A stretch of DNA of 62,513 bases, the filler included, from Choristocarpus tenellus KU-1152 (taxonomy: Eukaryota; Protista; Phaeophyceae): the NCBI GenBank assembly GCA_964200185.2. It is 13 parts of 13 records of this genome, joined end to end, with 100 filler letters (N's around TTAATTAATTAA, not from the genome) between each part and the next. Parts side by side here need not be neighbours in the genome. Positions count along the whole stretch, not along the records: positions 1 to 11,457 come from CAXNAD020002304.1; positions 11,558 to 15,769 come from CAXNAD020015665.1; 11 more parts are not named here. One strand, written 5' to 3'. The position numbers were made by a program, and so were the translations under genes. The notes under the pieces were generated by a model. It saw only the letters and a program-made list of their open reading frames with translations. It ran no database searches and had not been told where the DNA came from. Positions 1 to 13,333 of the stretch are shown piece after piece (the first letter of the stretch is position 1; the number at the start of each line of letters is the position of its first letter).

Positions 1-372
1 TGAAAAAGGTGTACTGTACTGGATTTACTGATCTGTTATGAGATTAGAGCCAAGACCTTGAAACTCGGCTCTTGGCGAGGTGGTGATGTTGTTTGGCAAT
101 GGAGGGGCGTTTTTCCTGCCACCAGGTACAGTGCAACGATTGAAAATAGGGCCTAAACTCGGTCCACCCTCTGAGGTGAAAGAGTTCAGTCCGGTGATCG
201 TGATTGCCCCCTTGAGCAAAAAAGAACTTGGCACCTTTTGACGCTTTCACATATATTATTGTATTTATTTCACAGAATAGAATTCAGTGTGGCAATAAGA
301 TATACTGATTATAAAATGCAACTTTTCACATATATGAGAACTGTTATTATTTCAAGGTTTATCGACATTTTA

Positions 373-552
373 ATAGTTTTTGTTGATTTTTCCCATGACA
401 CATCTGTAAAATATTTGGTAGCATAATAATAAAATATATAGAAGTGCACATATGATATTCTTGTAAAATGTGAGAGGGCATAATAACATATATATATTAT
501 TATGCCCTCTGACATTTTGCAGATGTGTCAGGGGAAAACCAATGAAAACTAT
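373..552. repeat. Fold-back / inverted-repeat element (family C)
   Basis: Outer arms about 373-430 vs 495-552 (TTTCCCATGACACATCTGTAAAAT vs ATTTTGCAGATGTGTCAGGGGAAA). Inner 22-bp hairpin 465-518 (AAAATGTGAGAGGGCATAATAA / TTATTATGCCCTCTGACATTTT). The same module recurs at about 53760-53830 and 61689-61730. Confidence 0.7.
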
Positions 553-3500
553 ATACATATGTGTATATAAAATGTCCTCAACATAAGAATACTATAAGAG
601 CATATCGTAGAATTGCGGCTGTGACATATTTCTGTTGCATAGACATATATTTCTGTGGTTACACGCAGAAATATGTTAGAAAAACACAATCCAACTGCAA
701 ATATGATATGCTGGCACAGTGTTCCGCCGTTCACAACGATGCCGCCCAACCGATCATCGTTCAGCCGTTGAGCGCTCACGAAATCCATTTTATTCTGGTT
801 GTTACAACCTAGCGTCTTGCTTCAAGTTCTTCCCACTTCTCAGGATATTGTATGAAGGTATTGTCTACCCCATCATGAGAGGTCCCTTTTCGGTTCGGTT
901 GTTGAAGCAGTGGGATATGAGAATGTGGACTTTCTCATGATGAGTGATGCCGTTGTGGACATATTTCTTTTGAACTTCAAAGTTTTATAGTACCTAATAC
1001 GGGATAATATTGGAATGGGTCCGCTCTTGTCGTGAATATTATTTATGTAGTTGTGATTGTGGCCTATCTATCATCTCTTTCACTAGTAAAACCTGAACAT
1101 CGGAAGTTGAATAACTCATACACACTGATTGATCACCGTTCCGTTCATTGTATTTACCTACCGCATCCTAAGGACTGAGCGATCTCATTTTGCCTTCGGA
1201 ATTGTCAGTACTATCCAATATAAAGATAACATTTCGGTGATACACAATGCGCGGTGAAAGACCTCCACTGGAGCCGATAAAGCCGTGCACAAATCAGAGG
1301 TCAGGAGTTTGACTTCTCAGTGGAAATACCAAACCTTGATGGGTAAGTCCATGGTGCAAGACCAACCACTCAAACCTCCATTGAAATATTGCACACGTCC
1401 TCCCGTTTCCTTCCCGATTTTGATGACTCATAGATGTGGCAGGTTTGATAGGGGCTATGTGGTGACTTCGCAGAGGTTGCATGGAGGGAATCAATCTCGC
1501 TTTACGATCAACCTGCTCCATGTTGAGATGGATGTGAGCTATTCTCCTTCCCGTGCTCAACAGAGTACTCAGGATCTTATTGCCTTGTTGGGAAAAAAAT
1601 CTTGTCTATGCCTTAGGAATCCCTTTGGTCATGGCTCCATTGTTGAATCACTGGGGTAAATAGCGTTGCTGGCTGAGGTAAGGTGGGTGGGAAGAGGGAG
1701 GTGGAACCTTCGCACTTTAAAACATCAAATTAGGATTCGTCTATATAGGGCGTGCAAACGCAAACCTTTGTGCAGATTAACTTCAGGTCAGAAGGCAGAC
1801 TGATCAAATTTCCATCCTCGATGTCCAATGTTTGCCTCCCAAACACATCATTTTTCCGAAGGTGTATACCCTCAAGATAGGGGGGGGGAATGATGTGTTC
1901 CGGGAACCGGAATGTCTAAATTAACTTGACTCCAATACCGCATCCTCTCACCCCGACCACACTGTCATTGACCTAAGGGAGAGACAGTTGTCAGGTTGGT
2001 ATATTACCACTCGCTTAATATGATGATACCTCAAATATTGCTAGGTTTGGACTCAGTTAGGCTATGCACTTTCCCTCTCTGTCTGGCAGAGTTTTGTTTA
2101 CAATTTGATGTAGTCGATTGATACTGACTCCTATAAGAAAATACACTGGCACAGTTTGGACTTCTATCGATTGCTGTTGGCCGTGTAACCCACCCACTCT
2201 GTACAGAGAGAAGTCGGCATGCTGTTCTCTGATGAACGTACTGTTATGTCAACATTTTCATCCTACTCAGAAGTTGAATGGGCGAGAGAGATTGGGCCCT
2301 ACAGTGGAGAGGTACTTTGTATGTGATTTGTACATTATTTTAATTAAGGGTTTCATGTTAGTAGTGTGGAATCCTTTCTCTTGTTATCTTTCTCTTGCCT
2401 GGACCACCTTATCACTTCACCACACCTCCCTAATATACCTGGTCCAGGTATAACTGGTCCCCCCGTACACTCAAAACTTCAAGTTTTTTGCTCTCCTTTG
2501 ATTTGTGTTCTGCAGTATAGCTAACTATGAGAATTAATCAATGATACTGGAACCAACATAAGTCGAGGCACACAGAGGATCTTATGGTTGACTTTAATTT
2601 CATTATTTAGTGTAGTGAAACTAATCTCACCTTCTGGTGTGCTGCAGGCTCTCTGAGTTAGTGCCATCTGCTTTTTTTTCCAACACAGCACTCTCTACAA
2701 TATTATCCCCCCATCCCTCACCCTTTTTCTTCCCCCCACCATACTACTACTGCTTTCTGGTCCCCATCTTGGTGGTGATTGCTCACATTCTTCTGGGGAG
2801 GGCAATGACATGCTTGGCAGATTGGGGAGCTTATGTGTGGGTGAGAGGACTGCTACAATCTGATGCACCCTTATGACATAACCCTCCTGAATTGACGAGT
2901 CTTCTTCTCATGAACAAATGCGCCACATTGTGTCTTTCAGTCACCATGCCCCTTCATTGAGTGGCGGATAGTGTGCATTTCTTGAATCGTCTCTTACGTG
3001 AGTATATACCTTAAACCAAATTCGTTTGGTGTGTGTGACACCACAGTTAGTGTACATATGCAGGCAATAAGCCTTTTGATCAGTGTTGCTCGGGGAACAA
3101 CTCAGATCTTTCCGCACAAGAAGCAAGCAGATAACTTCCAAAATGAGCCAGGGAGACGGGGGGGAGGAGTGGAGCCCACTTCTTGGTCTCTTGCATGGTC
3201 TCTTGCTTTTTGGCGTGCATAGTTTAAATGTTGTTTTAGTGGAGTTGCCATGCTTTGTTCAGCAGGATTTGCGATCTCCCCTCATGGGGACATTGAAGTA
3301 CATAGGTGCACCATTACAGCCAAACGGCCACTCCCTCCCATATCAGGTCAAATCCCAATCAAACAGGAGAGTACACTTTGCAAGAGTTAGGAGGCTAGTC
3401 TATCTTTTTTTCATGTGCACACCCCGGAATCTAACTTCTAGCATTATTCTTGTTGGTGGGTGGGTATGTATTATAGATGGGTGGTGAGGGACTGGAGAGT

Positions 3501-4202
3501 TATGGGTACATCTCACAGTATGATGAACACTTTCTGTGGTAGATAATTGGTGAGTTGAATATTTAGCTTATCGCACTTTAGCCAGTGGATGCAAGAGGGA
3601 GAGCATTATTCAGTAAGTTTGGAGTAGTACGGAGTTGGATGGATGCTTTTGTGGGAGTGAGGATTTGGTATTGGTTTTTGGGAGATTTCTTAATTTATTG
3701 AGGTCATTACAGTTGTAGAAAGAAGTAGTTGCTTCTGCTGAGCCTCCTTCCGCCTGATATGACTTTCCCACTTGTCACAATGTAATATAATGCTAAAAAA
3801 ATGTTGTGAGTGTTTTTATTGTAGCCATAATGACTAATGACTGTACGAGCGTGAATAATGCTAATCAGTTCAAATGGATCGGCATACCCTGTCTCATGGC
3901 AAATGCTTGGATATACCTCATCTTTAAAGGAAAAAAAAAGGGTGTTAAGTGCACTGCACACAAAGTTGTCTCCTCGTCCCACGAATCAACACATCAGCTT
4001 GATGTTTGTCACAAATTGCTTTTTCATAATTCCTATTATCAGGTATGCACATGTGTCTCGTCTTCTATATTAATTACTAGGGACTACCCCACACAAGGTA
4101 TTGTCAATAGTTCCAGCCCCATCCCTACACCCTCCTTTTTTTCTTGTTCTTGCTCTATTTTTTTGGCATGCGTTGTGTGTGACTGGCACATGAGGTCGGT
4201 AG

Positions 4203-7200
4203 GTTGAAGATAGGGTCCCAGTACTGGTTCCTGGTTGAAGACCTTGACAACTCCAAAGACATTGTCCACGGCCAGGAGTTCAGGGTTATTGATCGAACCA
4301 TGCTGACTACAAGTGCTGCTGGCAATGCAACGAGTGACAGCTCAAACACGGATGACACCGTTTTCTGGGGATTGTCACTTACCATGGTATTGATTGGCAC
4401 CTTGGCAGGTAATCCTTGGGTGAAAGGCAGGGATACTGTGAAGGGGGGGGGTGGATGCTCTGCCTTTGAGTTACAAGCCTTCCACAAAACTGCCCTGCAA
4501 GCAGCATAACGGGGTGGAGATGAATTCTTGCCTCATAAGAGAGTATAATACATCTGTGGGCAGGATATAACTTGTTCAGGCTTTGCTAGTGGAGTGGGCT
4601 TGGCATTTGTTGATCTAGGTATAAATTATTCCGTTTTGCTGCAAGGACTGTCAACATGTTGGGAGGGGGAAAAGGTGAAGGAAAATTGAATGCAGCCCCT
4701 CATTATATATTTCAAACTTGGACAACGTATTGCCACAGTACGTTCTTGCTAAATTTTTTGTAATATTTTTCTAGGCAGTGTTCCTTAACCTCAAGTAGCT
4801 TAATGACATCGCTGAGATTTGCTATCAACTCGTTTGAAGATTCTGGAGTTTTTAACATAGATCTCTACATGGAAAAACAGAGACAAACATGGAGATTTTA
4901 TGCATTGTTTTATTGGTCGGTGACTACTATCTGTTAATGGTACATGCCTGCCAGTCTTTCATCCTTCACGGAACAATTTACTCAAGGAAGTGGGAATCTT
5001 TTATACTATTTTTGTGAGTGAGGGGATGGAGACTTTTATAAATCACAGATGCTGTGAATGGGAAGACATTTTATTGAGAAAAGATTTCTATGTTGCCACC
5101 TCTTGATTTTGGAGGACCCACACTTTGGCAGGATGGGATGTACTGCTATGGTTGTTGTCTGCACAGCATTAGCCCACTTCTCTATGAAGGCACTGGCGTG
5201 GTTGTTCATTTCCTTATCAACCCCATATCCCTTCTTACAATCATTTCAGGAACCCTGATCCTTGTGACGACAATAATGTGCTGCTGCTTCTATCGGCACC
5301 ACCGAAGGCCTGTGAAAAAAATGGGACCTTCCTTGAACACTGAATCCACATCAAATGTCTTACCTAGCAGTGTCAGCTTTTGCAAGGGCAATGAGACCAT
5401 TGATGGAGGACAAGAAGTGAAAGTATGGTGGTGGCGGTGGGAAAGGGTCAAGGGAAAGGTAAAGAGGGTGAGTCGGGGTCGTAAGGTGAAGTTTTCGAGT
5501 ATTGGAGGAGGTGCTGCCTTGATTGATGACGTACAACAACCCCTTTCATCCTCTCGGCAATCCTCAAGCCAAGCGCTCGTGGAGATGGGAGGTTACCTTG
5601 ACCAGATAGAAGATGATGAGTTGGTGTTCAGCAACAACCCCATGGTGCCTGATGGGGATTTGGAACCTGGGGCTTCCAAGAATTCTGCTCAAGGGAAGGA
5701 GGAAGAGATGGAGGAGATGGACGGACCTTTTGCTCAAGCTGCCAAGGTAGCAGCCCTGGCGGTTGCTGCAGCGGCAGATGCAGAGGAGGAAGAGCGCCAG
5801 GATTTGTCCAGACTTGGAGCTCGTGGCAGTGTAATCAGGTCTGGGCGCTACCAGATCCCTCTCAGCAGCAACAGGATCAGTGGAAGGGGTTGGTCTGGGA
5901 CACGTTTTCCTCAGGCCCGACACTCATGGCGTGGGAGCTACCTTGGCTGGCAGGGCTCTTTGCCTCCGTCACTTCAATCTCTGGAGGAGGATGGACAGGT
6001 GCTTAGTGCTGCAATTGCAGCAGCACTTGCGAGCATCAAGCCCTCCAGTACGACAATGCAGGCACTGGGAAATGGCGATTGCTCAAACCCAGGAAGGAAG
6101 TCCACTTTCAGCAACCAATTGGGTTTCAGATCAATAGCAATCTCAACCGGCATGAGTGATATTTCCCTGGAGGGGCCTTTGAAGGGTGGCTATGGGTCTT
6201 GTGCACAGCAAGCAGTGGCCACTGGAAGCACAAGGACATCCCAGGTGAATAATCAAGTTCAAGTACCAAGAAGCAGACCAAGTTCTGTAGGGGGAGGGAT
6301 GATGAGGGAAACTGAAGGGTGTCTTGTCACCAATGAACCTTTGTGGTGGCGTGGATTGAATGGAGAGAATAACAGGGCATTGGCTGGCATTGTTGGGAGG
6401 GGGCAGATCACCCCCAACATAGATAAGAGGGCTTGGAGCAATGATGACACCCTTGGTGAGATGGAGGCCCAAAAGAAGGCAGTCACGACACCAGTAGAGG
6501 ATGTGCGGATGCTTGACACAGTCGGAATGACAACTCTCTTTCACCAGCAAAGGTTGTCCTCAGAGATGGTGCGAACACATTGTAAGGAGCAACCCTCCGT
6601 GTGCACATGGATGACTCTACCAGACCCCCAGGAACTCGAGACTGGCATGATATGGCCTGGTGGGATTTCAGGAGGAAATGATTTGAAGGACTCAGCTGTT
6701 GCGGGGACGGTTGCTCTGAAGGATAGTACACCCATGCTGGCAAGTATGGAGGAGCGTGCTTCTTCACTGCTGGAAGCAGGATTGGAGTTGGATGTGTTTG
6801 CAAGACCAAAGAAACTCCCTTCAGGCGTTTTAGAGGCCTCAAAGTCGCCGTCTCCTCCCAGCCCTGCTGGAATGAGTCCTGAGGGGTTCACTGGGGATAG
6901 AGGGTACAGTCTGGGAGGGGTAGGACAAGTGAGTTGGCACGGATACACTCCCTGTGTGCAAGGTGCTAAGGTGGTACTAAAGCCCGAAGAGCCTGCTGAA
7001 GGATATGTGGGGAATAGGGAGAGAGAAGAAACAGTATCTTGTTCACCACAAACACCACGAACAGAAGAAATCCTGACTGAGGCACGAATAGAAGGGTTGA
7101 TGGCAGATAAAGCTAATGTAGCTATGTCTGACGTACTGGGAGCGACAAAAGGTTTGGGAAGGGATATGTGCTTGCCTGAAGCAGTTGATGAGGCAGAATT

Positions 7201-7579
7201 GATCAGGGTAGCAGAGGTGAGAAAGGTGACAAGAGGAGTGGAGATAGCTCCTGCTGCCATGAGTGGGGGTGAGTCTCTTCAGGTGACCACGGCACAGGAA
7301 GATGACACCAAGATGTCTGGAGGAGTCAATGCACCTGACGAGAAAACGGCAGAGGTGGCGATGCCTGTATCAACATTGTTGCGTTTGGGGGGTGATTCTG
7401 GTCAAGGCTTAGTTCGAGATGAGGCTGCTGGAGGAGTGGAAGTAGCAGGGGCCGTGGAGGGTGAAACTTTAGTTGCAGAGTTTAGAGAGAAATGCTCAAG
7501 GGAGAGCTCGGATAGTTACCCCTCTGCTGAGCTGGCTGGGGTCCCTGTCTGTAGAGTGATAGAAGTAGGGAAAAGGTGA
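4203..7579 (+). CDS. Putative single-pass membrane protein with long low-complexity cytoplasmic tail (3' exons)
   Basis: Exon 4203-4408 joins exon 5250-7579 through a phase-1 GT..AG intron (G|GTAATC ... TTTCAG|GA). The join builds one hydrophobic helix, VFWGLSLTMVLIGTLAG-TLILVTTIMCCCFYRHHRR, followed by a basic stop-transfer patch. The terminal exon is open for 2.3 kb. A phase-compatible upstream exon at 3477-3538 is tentative. No family recognised. Confidence 0.7.
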
Positions 7580-8589
7580 TGCATGCCATCACGAGTGTAA
7601 CTTTTTTTAAATGTGAAAAAGTGAGTGCGAACATACTGAGATTTTCTTTGTTACAGTATGAAACTCCTGGTCAACTGGCTGTCCTGGGACTGTTTTTTTG
7701 CTTTCATGATCGTCTTGTTACTGAGTTTGAAACCTTTTGTGGTGGGCAAGTGTGTACGTGAGAAGAATTACATGCCTTCCTAGCCGCATTCTGATTTCTG
7801 CGTCTACAACACTGTGTGCGATTAACATTATTATTTTCACAACAGATTAGTAATATTTTTGGGGCAAGTTCCTTGCAATCTTCATTACAGCGCGGTGCAT
7901 GTTTTATTCTCTATTTCACTGTGGAATGTAACTAATGTTCTACTACTGTAGCAGTAGTCCCTATTCTTTTGTTGTCCCTTTCTCTCTTCCTCCAGATGGT
8001 AAAGATCGCCCTTCCTATGGAGAGTTTTTTTGTCATGTCTATCCGTGCTTTTGTGTGTTTATGTATTTGGTGCAGTACTCGAGCTTAATAAAACAAAAGT
8101 GAAGTAGTGATATTGTGGTGTTGTGCTGCAGGCCGAGAGAAAATAAATGATGTGCTCTGAACAAGAACAGAGCAAAGTCCCCCTTCCTTGAGCAGGAGTA
8201 TGTTGCTAAAGTAAATGCGGTTATACCTTTGGGACATTAGTTGTATTTACCATAAAAAACAAGTTCTGACACCACTCTTCAATATTACTTTTTCCAGTGA
8301 AATAACAGTGTCCTTCATATGTGTGTTGTTTGGGAGACGGTCTCTTACCACCTGCTATTTTGTCCTTCAATATTGACTGTTTTGTTTGGTTGTGTCAAAT
8401 TCATTCCTCCCAAAACGCTGCAGGAGTAAGAAGAAATGTTGGTCCTATAAAAAATACCAAAAGATACTCAGAGGGGAGGCATGACATGACCATTGCACAC
8501 CACACGGTACCTATAGTGAAATGTCTTGGTATTTAGTTACGCCATTTTTTTCTTGTATAGTCTGCTGCTAGTGAACACTCTGAAGGAGT

Positions 8590-8770
8590 GACTCAAAATA
8601 TCTTTGGGGAGGGGGGATCTGAATCAGGGTGTCCATTCGGGCCCTGACCAGGAGAAGTGAACTTACATCATCCATCCGATGCATGCAACCAAATCACCTA
8701 CAATAATTGCGACATGGAAAAATGCGCCTCGAATGGACAGCCCTCACCCTCTCCCCAGATACTTTGAGCC
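8590..8770 (+). mobile_element. MITE family A, full copy (about 180 bp)
   Basis: Imperfect TIR GACTCAAAATATCT ... AGATACTTTGAGCC, flanked by AGT on both sides. Internal sequence matches 38964-39140. Confidence 0.8.
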
Positions 8771-10531
8771 AGTGAAAGAAATAGGTTTGATGCCTTTAAT
8801 AGTCAGATAGCCAGGACGGTAACGGTTTCTTCACAATATAGGTGCGGATATCCTGACTCGTAGTTAGAGGCAATACACACCACACTACTACATCTCGTAC
8901 ATCCATCTTAGGAACTTACGAACTGAAATTGTACTCCTTAAACTAATTGTACTGCCTCCATCCCATCCTTGCTTCTCGCATGTTGGTTGAACACTCCCAC
9001 CTCTCGTCCCTCCATTTACTCCCTCGAATATTTTTGTCCGAAACCCGCCTGGAGGTTTCCTCCTCCGTCTTGGATCAGCGTTTTTGTGGTATAACCACAG
9101 ACAGGGTAGAGTCGGACCAATTGAGAGGTAGGCAGGTTTGGACCCTTTTGCATCCTAAGTCATCTTGCTTACCCTGTGCAATACACTCAATTCCACTCCT
9201 TCACATGTAAAATATTCGATTAATATCCCGTTAATGCATAGACATGAAAGTCAGCATCATGGTTGGGGTCTTATGTAGAAAAGATTGATGCCTCCGTGGT
9301 ATACAACCTGCACCATTCCCACTGACTTGGAGTGTGGTGAACGAGGGGAATCGTAATGACCACATCTTTGGTCCTATTAACCTGATCCCTTGTAATTCTG
9401 TCGGTATCATGCTACCGAGCACTACGTAGCACTCCTGAGTAGTGAATTAGCAATGTTCTTTTGGTTACAGTAGTTTGGGTCTATCAGGCCCGTGGGGATT
9501 TCCAAGCTGTTCTTGTAGTCTCATTCATCCACTCCTGACAAAACCTCGTACATTTTTCTTTGTTCTTCCTTGTTGACGAGGAACACCTCCTTGTTGACAA
9601 GGAACACGAGTGACTCAGGAACAAATACTTCAATTTTTTCCATGTGTAACCTGCAGTTTTTCTTTATTCTAATGATAGTGTTGTAGGTATGAGGATACTC
9701 CTTCCCCTCCTCCCCGCCCCCCCAAAGAACTTCCGAAAATGGAACGTTACACACATCCTTGCACACTGCTTCAGGATCTTCCTACAGTGAGAACTGTTGG
9801 AGGCTGTGACTAAGTGAGGATATATTCTCAGGAATACACCTTGTACCTCTCAAGGAAGTCAATGTTGATCGTTCTCTAACCCTGGGTGAAGGCGTGGACA
9901 TTCAGAGCATGTCTACCGTTTTGCTTTGGCATGGACGGAACCACACAACACCCGCAGTAGAGGTATTATTAGCTGTTGGGCAAATGGAAGGGGGGGGCGG
10001 GGGTTACATTGATACTTTTGGATAAAATTGTGATATTTTTGATGACCCGAATCGTTTTTTTCAAGTTGATGGGAGCATTTGGACATTGGGGTAAAGGGCT
10101 AGGGTCACCTTGTTGCCATAAACTGAGGGTGGAACCTGCACACACACGGATTAAACTCTTCGACCTCTGGTCGGACAAGAGAAAAAGGAAAACATATTAT
10201 AGAAGCGCCAGGGTGTCATTTTATTAGTTCGGAAAAAATAGAGGAAAGACTATACCTAGAAAAGGTAGGCCCATCACAATATGGTTTCAAAACCAATATT
10301 TGGAAGAGTGTAATTATTGAAGGTTATTGAATGGACATGAATATATCACAGCGAGGAGAAAGTCCACACTTACTAACACACTGACTGGCACCTTGTTTCG
10401 ATTAAACCATTCCTCCCCCCATGTCAAACAATGCCGTATCACAGTCTTGTGTTTAGTTCCACTCATAGGACTCTGCAGGCCTCAAGGACCTTTCGTAGAT
10501 CTCTTCTCCTCCCCCCCTAGTATCAGTGTCT

Positions 10532-10652
10532 GACTTGAAGCATTTAAGATGGTAGGGCCGAGTCCGTTCAGGGTCATAAATCCAATGTTGCGATTTTGAT
10601 GAATTTTGACTATCGTATAGGTTAGCAAGTGTCATTATCCTTCCTCTAGACA
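10532..10652. mobile_element. MITE family B, degenerate partial copy
   Basis: TCCAATGTTGCGATTTTGATG...CTATCG...AAGTGTCA matches 54782-54879 and, reversed, 42815-43044. Confidence 0.6.
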
Positions 10653-10668
10653 CACCTTGACAGTCGTA

Positions 10669-11414
10669 CTACCTCCGTGCCATAAGTGTTTGCCGCGTTG
10701 TCCATACCTAGTAAAGATGATGAAATCCATTTCTGAAAGAAGATTTGAAATCCTTAACTAATTTCTGATTAGGTTCGGCTCTTTTTGTTATTATTACTCC
10801 CCATCCATCACAATTTTATCAGCCACAGAAAAAGCCCCCATGTCTACCTTCGGCATGTTTTCAAGCTCACCAGACAACTGCCTCTTCCTTACCCCTGTGT
10901 GCCCCACACTGAAGTCATTTCCCCCTTTGTATCTAAGTAATCGATTGTACACCACAAAATGGAGCTGCCAAGCCCTCTCAATGGTGGTTTAATCATACTC
11001 CTCATACTGTTTCTTCACGACCTTCACCATATCCTCAATGGACCCAACCCGCTCCCCCATCACCCGGCATTTCAAAGACCTGAAGAAGCACAGGTTCATA
11101 ATATTGAGGTCAGGGAAGTTAGAAGGCTGCCTCACAAGCCTAATCGACCACCCCTCAGTCTTCCTTGCCCTTGACAAGATTTCTGAGTTGTCCTTGCCCG
11201 TGTGGGGGGTGGCGCCATCTTGCTGAATGACAACGTGCTTCCCCTCAACCAAGGCATCTTGGTATTAATTGCAGGCAGTAACTCCTCCATGTACCACTTC
11301 CTGTACCACAAATGGTCGAAGGTACAGTCCTGCTCATACACATCCCCCTTTCTATGGTTCTTGCTTGTCCTGTCAGCCGTTTTTGGCGCACACACACACC
11401 AAACACCAAGCTTT
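10669..11414 (-). mobile_element. Defective Tc1/mariner element, plant-MLE/Stowaway-like, 3' part (copy 1)
   Basis: Frameshifted transposase segments ADRTSKNHRKG and VIQQDGATPH...QPSNFPDLNIMNLCFFRSLK resemble the plant MLE motif QQDNARxH...QPPNSPDLNxLD. The end reads TA|CTACCTCCGT at 10667-10678. A family A MITE interrupts it at 11415. Highly similar to 27147-28281. Confidence 0.88.
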
Positions 11415-11457
11415 GGGTCAAAGTATCTTGGGGGGGGTGTCGGCGTCCGTTTTTCAC
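11415..11457 (-). mobile_element. MITE family A end inserted in mariner copy 1, truncated by contig end
   Basis: GGGTCAAAGTATCT followed by a G-run. Mariner copy 2 continues uninterrupted at the equivalent site (CCAAGCTTT|CCATC). Confidence 0.7.
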
Positions 11458-11557
11458 NNNNNNNNNNNNNNNNNNNNNNNNNNNNNNNNNNNNNNNNNNN
11501 NTTAATTAATTAANNNNNNNNNNNNNNNNNNNNNNNNNNNNNNNNNNNNNNNNNNNN
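11458..11557. other. Artificial contig spacer
   Basis: 44 N + TTAATTAATTAA (stop codons in all six frames) + 44 N. Confidence 0.98.
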
Positions 11558-12174
11558 CGGCCGCAACCCCAACCTGTTCAAGGAAGAGGGGGGGGGGGGG
11601 GAGGGGGGGGGGGGGAGTGTTGAAAGCCATGGGAACTGGGTCAGGATAGCTACAATCATTGCTGTGTGTGCACTTGTTAGAGTAGCCTTCTTTTGGTGAT
11701 TGCCACCACCTGCCCAGTTGAATGTCCTGGAGCGCTCACATAGATGATACCTTAGAGATAGTGCTAAAGTATTAAGCAAGCTTGTTCCTTTGTTCTGGGG
11801 ACTTTCCTCCAACAAACAAAAACAAGTCTCACCGAGCACTTTGAAACTCTCTCCCTCCATCCCACTTCTACCTAGAGTCTCTTCTTCTCAGACAAGCAGG
11901 CAAAGCATTCACAGAGGAAAAAAAAAGAAATCGTTTTGGCTCTTCCAAGTCTCACCCTCACCCATCTCAAAACAAAATACTATGGAGTATTCGAAGAGGC
12001 CAACGCTTTGGAACAAAGATTACATCTGTGATGGGAGAAAAAATGTACACACATAAACCTCACCTGGCGCTTCTCCACATGCATGGAGATACATACATAT
12101 CTATATATGTATTATATATATATATATGTGATTGCTTGAGATATCGATCAATTTAGACACTTTGAATCGAGAAG

Positions 12175-12315
12175 ATCAAAAGCAAATCAAGAGACATCAA
12201 GCTAGGGTATAGTGGACTCAATCAAAAGCAAATCAAGAGACATCAAGCTAGGGTATAGTGGACTCAATCAAAAGCAAATCAAGAGACATCCAGCTAGGGT
12301 ATAGTGGACTCAATC
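12175..12315. repeat. Tandem repeat, 46-bp unit x3
   Basis: ATCAAAAGCAAATCAAGAGACATCAAGCTAGGGTATAGTGGACTCA at 12175, 12221 and 12267, with one substitution in unit 3. Confidence 0.95.
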
Positions 12316-12714
12316 GCCCCAGGAGAAGAGGAGGGGGGAAGGTGGGGTGATAGGGGACAGTGGAGAGTATCAGAGGGAAAAAGGCGGACTTGGAGGGGGG
12401 CACCCTTCTACCCACCAGGCTGGCTGAGAGCTCCCCCACTCCAGCCCTGCCCAAGCGCCGCAATGTTGCAGCTTGCAGTTCCTTAGTGGTGGTGGCAGCT
12501 TGCAACCTTCTCAGTCTAGACCAGGTGACACGACCAGCAGCAGAGACGGTACGGAATGGAGGGGTCCTAGATTTTTGTTGTGCTCCACCGTCACTCATCC
12601 GACTCCTCTGAAAAAAGCAGTTTGGGGAGGGATGGGGGATGGGTCACAGGTTGGGGTGCTTCGCTTTTTTTGTTGCCCCCCCCCCCCCCCCCCCCCCCCC
12701 CCAAAAAAAAGGCT

Positions 12715-12749
<35 letters not shown>

Positions 12750-13333
12750 GGGAGTAGGACAAAATGGGTGAGAGAAACCAGGTGATAGGCGTGTATGTTG
12801 AGATGATATTGAGTTAAGGACTCCTCAGCAAGACAGAGACAGGCTCACAGGAGGGGAGAGGAATACAGAATGGGTTCCAATAAAAAAGACTGAAAGGCAA
12901 CCGCATCCAAAAAATAGAGTCCAAGTGCAAAAGATCAAAACCCACAACTACCACTCATGCCAAGTGCTTCTGCTCAGCAATTCGATGAACTATTCCCAAG
13001 ACTGCAGACGATCCAAAATGTGTTGGGAATGTGAGAAAAATTGGCAAGAGACTGGGTTCTGGGGTCACATTTGCCAGGTGCATGGCAAGTAACAATTTCC
13101 AGAGGTTTGATTCTGGGGCCAGGAGTGAGGGGGTCCATCAGTTCAGGAGGTAAGTTGAATGATCTGTTGATGCAACCACATTACATCCCTCCCATGCAGA
13201 AAAAAAAAACTGCATGTCACTTAGAATTATACAATAACACCCGAGGGAGAGGATGCTTGTCTGTAGGAAGTGGAGGTAGACGTCGAACTTCCCCACTCTC
13301 CAAACACAAAGGGTCTGCAAGGGCCAACAATGT

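Noticed and set aside
6541-7260. 239-aa minus-strand ORF
   Set aside because: Shadow of the 2.3-kb plus-strand exon.
12175-12315. 46-bp x3 repeat as CRISPR or regulatory array
   Set aside because: Contiguous near-identical units with no spacers; a simple tandem duplication.
12651-12750. Poly-C / poly-G inverted structure
   Set aside because: Looks like a homopolymer-collapsed ghost of 12560-12640; likely a sequencing or assembly artefact.
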